A stretch of DNA of 32,000 nt, from assembly GCA_046704905.1 (NCBI GenBank), contig JBJKRA010000018.1, positions 1 to 32,000 of the forward strand. Reading direction: 5' to 3'. The position numbers and the translations under genes are program-made. The notes beneath the pieces were generated by a model. It was not told the origin of the DNA and did not search any database. It saw nothing but the letters and a program-made list of their open reading frames with translations. Source of the stretch: Candidatus Woesearchaeota archaeon. Its GTDB lineage: Archaea > Nanobdellota > Nanobdellia > Woesearchaeales > JAWAQC01. Positions 6,493 through 13,424 of this stretch are shown piece after piece (position 1 is the stretch's first letter; every line of letters begins with the position of its first letter).

Positions 6493-9140
6493 CAGCGCAG
6501 TATCAGCGCCGGCTTGTTCGGCATGGCGCTCTTCGCCTTGTCCTCCTTCGAGGACTCCTCGGACTCTACGGCAAAGGGGATGTCGCGCGAGGCGAGGGCG
6601 AGCGCCGCCCGCTCCTCCTCTTCGGTCATCACGACCTCGGGCAGTCTGGAGAGATCCTTGAAGAAGCGCTGGACCATTGCAGGGATCTCCGGCCTGCTGT
6701 GGACGGCCATGACCGCCTTGATGATCTCGCCCATGGGCCTCTTCTCATCGATGAGCGTCTTTATCTGTGCGACGGCCTTGCGTTTCCAGGACGAGGCGAG
6801 CACTGCCTTGATCTCCGAAGGCTTCTCCATCTTCGCCAGGCGCTTGACATGCTCGACGTCGCTCGCCAGGCCCTCTGCCATCGTCTCGACAAGGAGCGCA
6901 CGCCGGTCGATGAGCCTCTCGTCGTAGTCCGGCCACGCCGTCCCCGCGACAAGACCCTCGTTGCCGAGCTGTTCCCACATCTCTTCAGCGAGATGCGGCG
7001 CGAAAGGAGAGAGCAGGAGCGCATAGGCGGAGAGCACGTTCGAAAAGATGACCGGATCGGCCTTCCCGGAAGCGTACCTGCCGACGGCACCGCCGAGCTC
7101 CATGAGCCGGCCGAGCGCGAGGTTGAACCTGAAGTCGTCGATGAGCGAGGGCAGCTCCTTTATCGCGAGGTGGAGGTGAGTGAGGACGATACGGTCCTCC
7201 ATGGTGGAGGGCTTCGTAGCGCCTTTCTCATGGGGCTGCTCGAGGAGCGCATATGTCCTCTTGAGGAAGCGGTAGACGCCCTCGACGCCCTGGTCGCTCC
7301 AGTCGAGCTCCTTCTCCGGGGAGGACGCGAAGAGGATGAAGACGCGCGCGGTGTCTGCGCCGTACCTGCTGATGATCTCGTCGGGGTCGACGACGTTGCC
7401 GAGGCTCTTCGACATCTTCGCGCCGTCCTTGACGACCATGCCCTGAGGGAGCAGGCGCTGGAAGGGCTCGTCTATGCTGACGTATCCGAGGTCGCGCAGG
7501 ACTTTCACGAAGAAGCGTGCATAGAGCAGATGCAATACCGCGTGCTCGATGCCGCCGATGTACTGATCGACGGGCATCCACCTCTTCGCGGCATCGGTAT
7601 CGAAGGGAGCGTCGTCGGTCTTTCCTATGTAGCGCAGGAAGTACCAGGACGAATCGACGAAGGTGTCCATGGTGTCGGTCTCGCGCTTCGCCGCACGGCC
7701 GCATTTCGGGCACTTCGTGTTGACGAAGGAATCCGATGTCGCGAGCGGATTGCCCTTGCCGGTGAAGCTGACGTCCTCGGGAAGCGTGACAGGAAGGTCC
7801 TTTTCGGGAACGGGCACGATGCCGCAGGCGTCGCAGTAGACGACCGGTATGGGCGTTCCCCAGTAGCGCTGGCGCGAGATCAGCCAGTCGCGCAGCTTGT
7901 AGTTGACGGCCTTCGTGCCCCAGGCGTTCTTCTCGAGCCAATCCGGCATCTTCGCGAGGGCCTCGCGGTTGTTCATGCCGCTCCACTCACCCGATCCGAA
8001 GAGGATGCCGTCCCCGACCGCGGCTTCCTCGGCGTCCTTGGGATCGATAGGCTTGCCGTCCGGGCTGATGACGAACTTGAGCGGGATGTCGTACTTCCTC
8101 GCGAACTCGAAGTCGCGCCGGTCGTGGGCATCGGCCATGACGATGCCGGTGCCGTACATGAGGACGAAATTGGCGACCCAGATGGGGATACGCTCGCCGT
8201 TGACAGGGTTCGTCGCGTAGCGGCCGGTGAAGGCGCCGAGCTTGTCCTTGCCGCCTTCGCTCGTGCGCTCGAGGCTCGTCTGCCTCTTTATCCTCTCGAC
8301 GACCTCCTGCACCGCCTTCTCCTCCGGCAGGCCCTTGCAGAGCTCCGCGACGAGCGGGTGCTCTGGCGCGAGCACGAGGAAGGTGACGCTGTAGACGGTA
8401 TCGCAGCGCGTGGTGTAGGCAGGCAGGATCGTGTCCGTGCCCTCCAGCCTGAAATGGATGTCGACGCCATCGCTCCTGCCGATCCAGTTCCGTTGCATGG
8501 TCTTGACGCGCTCGGGCCAGTCGAGCCCTTCCAGGCCCTCGAGCAGCTCGTCCGCATACTGCGTTATCCTGAAGAACCATTGGCTGAGATTCCTCTCCTC
8601 GACGTCGGAATGGCAGCGCCAGCACGCGCCGTCCACGACCTGCTCGTTCGCCAGCACCGTGTTGCAGGAGGGGCACCAGTTGACGGGCGCCTCCTTCTTG
8701 TAGGCGAGGCCCTTGTCCATCATCTGCAGGAAGATCCTCTGGTTCCAGCGGTAGTAGCCAGGCAGGCAGGTGATGACCTCCCTGTCCCAATCATAGGAGA
8801 GGCCGATGCGCTTCTGCTGCTGTCTGATATGCGCGATGTTGGCGAGCGTCCAATCCTTCGGGCTGATATGGTTCTTTATCGCGGCGTTCTCCGCAGGGAG
8901 GCCGAAGGCGTCGTAGCCCATGGGATAGAGGACCTCGTTGCCCCGCATGCGCCTGTAGCGCGCGGTGACGTCACCGATGGAGTAGTTCCTGAGATGGCCC
9001 ATATGGAGCTTGCTGCTCGGGTAGGGGAACATCTCGAGCACGTAGTACTTGTCGCGTCCCGGCTGCCTGGTCGCGAAGACGCCTGCCTTCGCCCAGCGCT
9101 CCTGCCATTTCTCCTGCATCGCAACGAAGGGTTCTTTCAT
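6492..9140 (-). CDS. leuS: Leucyl-tRNA synthetase, bacterial-type architecture
   Basis: [22 protein letters not shown] carries the HIGH motif, and [12 protein letters not shown] the KMSKS motif. Also present are [27 protein letters not shown] and CWRCHSDVE. The start is moved to [16 protein letters not shown] (ATG 9140), because the track ORF's 23-aa N-terminal extension would run into the tRNA-His gene. Confidence 0.9.
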   Translation of the reverse strand: [882 protein letters not shown]

Positions 9141-9167
9141 GGTATCGTCCGCCTCAGGTGAGCATGA

Positions 9168-9243
9168 TGGGGAGGTTAGGGGGAGTCGAACCCCCGTCCC
9201 AGGATCCACAGTCCTGAATTCTAACCGTTAAACTACAACCTCC
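9168..9243 (-). tRNA. tRNA-His (anticodon GUG) with genome-encoded G-1 and 3' CCA
   Basis: The manual cloverleaf is G-1/GAGGTTG acceptor, D-arm GTTT-AACGGTTA-GAAT, anticodon stem CAGGA/TCCTG with loop CTGTGGA (anticodon = revcomp of 9207-9209), and T-arm GGGGG-TTCGACT-CCCCC. The acceptor 3' strand is TAACCTC, followed by C73 and CCA. Confidence 0.9.
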
Positions 9244-9291
9244 AGCAACCGACGGCCCGAAAAGAAGGGGAAGATATAAAGGCTTTTCGCT

Positions 9292-9669
9292 TCAGAGCAG
9301 GACCGCGTTGACGGTGCCGTCCTGCGCCGGACGTGACGTGACCTTGGCCTTGCCGAGCTCGGTGTCGATCACGGCGCCCAGGTTCACGATGTTTCGGCGC
9401 ACGTAGTTGCGGTTCGCGCTGTTCTCGAGGACCGCCTTGATCTTCGCCTTCTGGTGCTTGCCGGTCTTCCTGTCGAGGACGTTCGCGACAGCCGCGACGA
9501 GCACGCGGCCTTTGGTGTTGCCGCCGAGGGTTTTTACGGCCTTGACCTTGTGCCTGGCGTCGACCTTGGTCAGCGACGCGCCGCTCGCCTTGTCGGCGAG
9601 CCGCTTCTTGCGGAAGTCGTGGTACTTGCCGCCGGAGACTTTCTGGGTGGATCGGAACTGGGAAATCAT
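9292..9669 (-). CDS. rps8e: 30S ribosomal protein S8e
   Basis: 125 aa and basic. SGGKYHDFRKKRL, GGNTKGRVL and the C-terminal pattern are typical of archaeal/eukaryotic S8e. Confidence 0.85.
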   Translation of the reverse strand: MISQFRSTQKVSGGKYHDFRKKRLADKASGASLTKVDARHKVKAVKTLGGNTKGRVLVAAVANVLDRKTGKHQKAKIKAVLENSANRNYVRRNIVNLGAVIDTELGKAKVTSRPAQDGTVNAVLL

Positions 9670-9705
9670 TGTGGATAACCTCTGGAGCGTTGGGATGGAA
9701 ATACC

Positions 9706-9720
9706 GTTTATAAATCTTTT
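9706..9720 (-). promoter_or_regulatory. TATA box upstream of rps8e (minus-strand AAAAGATTTATAAAC)
   Basis: It lies 37 nt upstream of ATG 9669, and an AGAGGTT SD-like site follows. Confidence 0.35.
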
Positions 9721-9769
9721 GGCCTGCTGAGAGGGAGCAGAAGGTTGCTTTCTCCATACTCCTCCTTAG

Positions 9770-9784
9770 AAATGTTTAATAAGC
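9770..9784 (+). promoter_or_regulatory. TATA box upstream of carS
   Basis: aaatgtttaataagc ends 22 nt upstream of ATG 9806, which suggests a leaderless mRNA. Confidence 0.35.
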
Positions 9785-9805
9785 CGCACAGCCTGAAAAA
9801 ACCGC

Positions 9806-10339
9806 ATGATACCCCTCGCAGCGCTCTTCTACCTGTTCCTGCCTGCGGCGTTCGCGAACATGGCGCCGGTGCTGTGCAGAGGGCTCCCCCTGCTCGACGT
9901 GCCGCTCGACGGCGGGCTCAAGATAGGGGGAAGGGCGCTCCTCGGGAAACAGAAGACCGTCAGGGGAGTGGTGGCCGGCATCCTTTTCGCAGTGGCCATG
10001 GCGCTCATCCAGCACCTGCTCCTGGCCGTGCCGTTCTTCTCCGACCTCTCGCTTGTCCCCTACGCCGATTTCATGCTCGTCGGCGTGCTGCTCGGCGGAG
10101 GCGCGATGCTCGGGGACCTCATCGAGAGCGCGATCAAGCGCCGGCTCGGCATCGTGTCGAGCAGGCCATGGATACCTTTCGACCAGATCGACTGGGTCAT
10201 CGGGGCGTTCCTGCTCCTGGAGATCGCCTACCCGCTGCCATGGCTCTCCCTCGTCCCGACGCTCGCGCTCTTCTTCGTCCTGCACATTGCGGTCAAGCAT
10301 GTGGGCTACTGGCTGCACCTGGATACGGCACGCTGGTGA
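9806..10339 (+). CDS. carS: CDP-archaeol synthase (CDP-2,3-bis-O-geranylgeranyl-sn-glycerol synthase)
   Basis: Polytopic, 177 aa. LGKQKTVRG, GAMLGDLIESAIKRRLG, PFDQIDW and the C-terminal H...Y.L.L...W pattern match the CarS (AF1740/DUF46) family. Confidence 0.8.
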   Translation: MIPLAALFYLFLPAAFANMAPVLCRGLPLLDVPLDGGLKIGGRALLGKQKTVRGVVAGILFAVAMALIQHLLLAVPFFSDLSLVPYADFMLVGVLLGGGAMLGDLIESAIKRRLGIVSSRPWIPFDQIDWVIGAFLLLEIAYPLPWLSLVPTLALFFVLHIAVKHVGYWLHLDTARW

Positions 10340-10340
10340 A

Positions 10341-10769
10341 CTACTTCCGGAAGAACGCGTCGACGATTATCCAGACCACGCCTATGACGAGCGCGCTGTC
10401 CGCAAGGTTGAAGATGGGGAAGGAGCCCACACGGATGTAGTCTACGACATGGCCCATGACCAGCCGGTCGAAGAGGTTGGAGAGAGCGCCTGCCGCGACG
10501 AGGCCGTAGGCGTACTGCAGGGGAGTGCAAAATACGCGCTCGCGCACGAACAGGTAGGCGAGGAAGGCGAGGAACGCGACCGTGACCAGGGCGAGGACCG
10601 CCGTCTCGCCGGTGAAGAGGCTGAAGCCCGCACCCGTGTTCGTCGCGAGCTCTATGCCGAGCCAGGGGAGGACCGGAAAGGAGAAGAGCGTGTGCTTGAG
10701 CAGCTGGTCGAGCGCGATGAGCGCGGCGATCTCTGCTATGAGAAGCCAGAGCCCTGTCCTCTTCTCCAT
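10341..10769 (-). CDS. lspA: Lipoprotein signal peptidase (signal peptidase II, peptidase A8)
   Basis: 142 aa with 4 TM segments. ATNTGAGFSLF matches NxGAAFS. GALSNLFDRLVMGHVVDYI and PIFNLADSALVIG match the two catalytic-Asp blocks of bacterial LspA (GNLxDR...VVD, FNxAD). Confidence 0.85.
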   Translation of the reverse strand: MEKRTGLWLLIAEIAALIALDQLLKHTLFSFPVLPWLGIELATNTGAGFSLFTGETAVLALVTVAFLAFLAYLFVRERVFCTPLQYAYGLVAAGALSNLFDRLVMGHVVDYIRVGSFPIFNLADSALVIGVVWIIVDAFFRK

Positions 10770-10771
10770 CG

Positions 10772-11164
10772 CTAGTAGCGCGGGCGGCTCTGCTCCTTCT
10801 CGGCGATGCGCTCGATGTTGGCGATGCGCTGGTTCATGCTGTCGAGCGTGGAACGGAGGGCATCGAGCTTGGCCGAGACCACCTCGATGTCCTTGGAGAT
10901 GAGGTCCTGGCGGCTGCCGTAGCCACCCGACATCTGCGGCTGCTCCTGGACGGTGCCGCGGCGGAGTATCTGGGAAGCGCTGACAGGATCGTCGAGCGGA
11001 TGCTGCTCCGGCTGGCGGCCGAACGGGCCCTGGTCCGCGTCCCCACCTATCTCGAAATTCTCCTGGAGGCTGTCCTTGCCCAGGTCAGCGAACGCGTCCT
11101 TGTTCAGCGGAGCGCCGAAACTATCGTCCTTCTTCCAGAATTTGAGCCTGTCCATGACGCCCAT
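10772..11164 (-). CDS. Hypothetical protein with a C-terminal coiled coil; 2-nt gap to lspA (same operon)
   Basis: Track ORF of 130 aa (MGVMDRLKFWKKDD...). A CAGGTGATC SD and a TTTTTTAAAC TATA-like box lie upstream. No family recognised. Confidence 0.55.
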   Translation of the reverse strand: MGVMDRLKFWKKDDSFGAPLNKDAFADLGKDSLQENFEIGGDADQGPFGRQPEQHPLDDPVSASQILRRGTVQEQPQMSGGYGSRQDLISKDIEVVSAKLDALRSTLDSMNQRIANIERIAEKEQSRPRY

Positions 11165-11236
11165 GCACGATCACCTGTCATTGCCATGGGCATCGTCAGT
11201 TTAAAAAACTTGTCATTTGTCAGAGAGATGCAGAGC

Positions 11237-11671
11237 CTAGCGGTACAGCGAGAACCTGCCGGTGAATTCCTTCAATTCGTCGGTAGGGCCGAACAGGGCG
11301 ATCGCATAATACTCCAGCTCCTCTCCAGGAGTCCCGGCAGTGGCATCCATCTGTTCCTGCGACGTGCCGATCGTCATCGTGCTCGTGAAGTCGGAGAAGG
11401 GGATCCGCCTCCTGATGCACTCGTCGCGTACCTTGCGGATCCTGTTCGAATTGTCCGCGGCGAGCACTATGAAGGGGAAATGGGAGATGTCCGGATGGGT
11501 CCCGCCATCCCTGTCCCGATACTGCAGGAAGCACATCTCATCCGACCTTCCGGAGCCGCCTGCAAGACCAGCCGCGATATGGCCCAGAGCGTTCATGAGG
11601 CGGCCAGGCTCGACCTTCTTGTTCAGGACGGCGATGAAACGCTTCGAGCTCTCGTCGGGTAAGGAGGCCAT
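11237..11671 (-). CDS. DUF2000-like protein (family assignment tentative)
   Basis: 144 aa. FIAVLNKKVEPGRLMNALGHIAAGLAG resembles the N-terminal pattern I recall for DUF2000. The TATA-like GGTTATAAGCC lies about 25 nt upstream of the ATG. Confidence 0.5.
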   Translation of the reverse strand: MASLPDESSKRFIAVLNKKVEPGRLMNALGHIAAGLAGGSGRSDEMCFLQYRDRDGGTHPDISHFPFIVLAADNSNRIRKVRDECIRRRIPFSDFTSTMTIGTSQEQMDATAGTPGEELEYYAIALFGPTDELKEFTGRFSLYR

Positions 11672-11723
11672 GACGACTTCCCGGGGAATGCAGGCTTATA
11701 ACCTTTTTGCTTCCCCTGCCAGC

Positions 11724-13424
11724 CTACTGCTTCGAGATATCGGGGACCTGCATGACAGGGAAGACCCTGATCTTGTAGACATCGTCTCCGTCAAGCGCCA
11801 GGTAGAGAATCTGCGGCTCTACGGCATCGAGCGGTGAGGGCGCGATGGGGAAGAGGAGACCGCTTCGCGCCTCCGCAAGCCTGCGGTTGAGACTGCGATC
11901 CCTGGAGCGCCTGGTACGGTATTTCCTCTCCAGCGCTTTGATGCTCCTCTCCAGATGGCCGACTATCTCCTCCCGGAGATCCTCTATCATCTGATAGCCT
12001 TCCGGCGTGTACCAACTGTAGCGCAGGCGTCGATAGGCGTCCTCCCGCTTCTCGGAGAGCTTGCCGAGCAGAGCCATCATCTCGGCACCGCTCGCGGAGA
12101 GCTCTTTTTCGTAGGCCGCGATCTGCGCGGTGAGCGTGTTCTTTTCCTTCTCGAGCGTCGTCTTCCCTTTCCGTAAGGCATTGTAGCGACGGACGATAGG
12201 CTTCTTGTTGTAGTTCGTCAGTGCCTTCTTCCGCTGCTCCATCCCGTAGCTCTCCTCGACGAGAGCCCTTGCGATATGTCCGGCGTCGGCGCCGACGGCC
12301 CTTTCCTGCTCCTCCAGGAGGCGCTTCACCTTCCTCTTCTGCCTGTCGTAGGCCTCGAACAGCGTCAGACGTGTCTCCTCCACCTCTGCAAAGCGCTTGT
12401 CCTCCTGGTACTTCCTCAGCCGGTCCTCAATCCCGTCGCGTTTGGTCACGGTCCTGACGAGAGTCTTCTGCAGCCTGTCGTAGGAGAGATGTATCCTGTC
12501 GTAGGCCTCTTTGAGGTTCGTGATATAGCGATCCAGAAGATTGCTGTACCCGTACCTGGCCAGTTCCGAAGGGGTCATCCCCTTTATGGCGCGCAGCTCC
12601 TCGCGAAGGTCCGACAGGTCAGGCGCAGAGGTGGTAACCTCTTTTAGGGGATGGTACTCGAACTGCACGTTGGCCACCCCGTCCTGGTGGAAGCCTGCGA
12701 TGCCGAGCACCGCCACAGGGAAATAGCCTTTCGTCTCTATGAGGTTCTTGATATGGCCCAGCTCCGCATAGTAGGTGTTCCTGGAGATATGCTCAATCGT
12801 GTGGGGCGCATCGATCGTCACCGGCGAGGCCGTGTCCGGATCGAGCCAGAGCGCATCCTTGTCGAAGAGCAGCCCGCCGGTCGCCCCTTTCCTGGCAAGG
12901 TAGGACGATACCATGTCCTCGAGCCCCGGATGCCTCTTCATCTGGAAAGGCTTCATGGAGAGATAGGCGCCGTCGGCGACCATGAGGGGAAGGCCGCTCC
13001 CATGCCGCAGGTCGTCGAGGATCTCGAAGAGAAGCCTGGAATGTGCTATGAGATAGGAGAGGTTGATCGCGCTCGGCTGGCTCGGAGCGAACGAGGAGTC
13101 CACAGAAGCGGTGGACTTCATATCCATGGGCATGGCGACCAGCGCCTCACCCGTATGCTGGACAAGTATCAGGTCGGGGATGGCCACCCACCGGTCATGG
13201 CCGTCGGCAAGGCCCTCCGCGGAGAAGATACGGCCGTACCTGTCCCTGAGCATGTCTACAGGGATGATGGTCGTGCCCTTCCCCTCACCCTCGTGGGAAA
13301 GGATGACGAAGTCCTCCGCACCGTAGAATATGGGATAGAGGGACGAGACGCCTGCTTCGAAGAGCGCTTTCACATGATCCTTCTCGGAGCCTCTTATCTT
13401 CGCCTCGGGCCCGAGCATGCTCAT
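11724..13424 (-). CDS. Hypothetical 566-aa protein: N-terminal globular region with a possible PD-(D/E)xK motif, plus a long Arg/Lys/Glu-rich coiled-coil C-terminal half
   Basis: The start is set at MSMLGPE (ATG 13424), which forms an ATGA overlap with the upstream DHH gene stop (13421-13424). The candidate motif is WVAIPDLILVQ...ALVAMPMDMKS. The C-terminal roughly 230 aa are heptad-like and charged. Confidence 0.65.
   Translation of the reverse strand: MSMLGPEAKIRGSEKDHVKALFEAGVSSLYPIFYGAEDFVILSHEGEGKGTTIIPVDMLRDRYGRIFSAEGLADGHDRWVAIPDLILVQHTGEALVAMPMDMKSTASVDSSFAPSQPSAINLSYLIAHSRLLFEILDDLRHGSGLPLMVADGAYLSMKPFQMKRHPGLEDMVSSYLARKGATGGLLFDKDALWLDPDTASPVTIDAPHTIEHISRNTYYAELGHIKNLIETKGYFPVAVLGIAGFHQDGVANVQFEYHPLKEVTTSAPDLSDLREELRAIKGMTPSELARYGYSNLLDRYITNLKEAYDRIHLSYDRLQKTLVRTVTKRDGIEDRLRKYQEDKRFAEVEETRLTLFEAYDRQKRKVKRLLEEQERAVGADAGHIARALVEESYGMEQRKKALTNYNKKPIVRRYNALRKGKTTLEKEKNTLTAQIAAYEKELSASGAEMMALLGKLSEKREDAYRRLRYSWYTPEGYQMIEDLREEIVGHLERSIKALERKYRTRRSRDRSLNRRLAEARSGLLFPIAPSPLDAVEPQILYLALDGDDVYKIRVFPVMQVPDISKQ

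Noticed and set aside
6699-9161. An 820-aa plus-strand ORF, plus several other ORFs of 70-270 aa overlapping the leuS locus.
   Set aside because: It is antisense to a clearly conserved LeuRS. Its composition is the Arg/Leu/Glu/Val/Asp-rich, low-complexity type expected when a GC3-rich gene is read on the opposite strand, and it has no recognisable motifs.
9233-9757. A 174-aa minus-strand ORF overlapping rps8e and tRNA-His.
   Set aside because: It is an alternate frame of the conserved S8e gene and reads through a tRNA gene. Its composition is Arg/Gln/Pro-rich.
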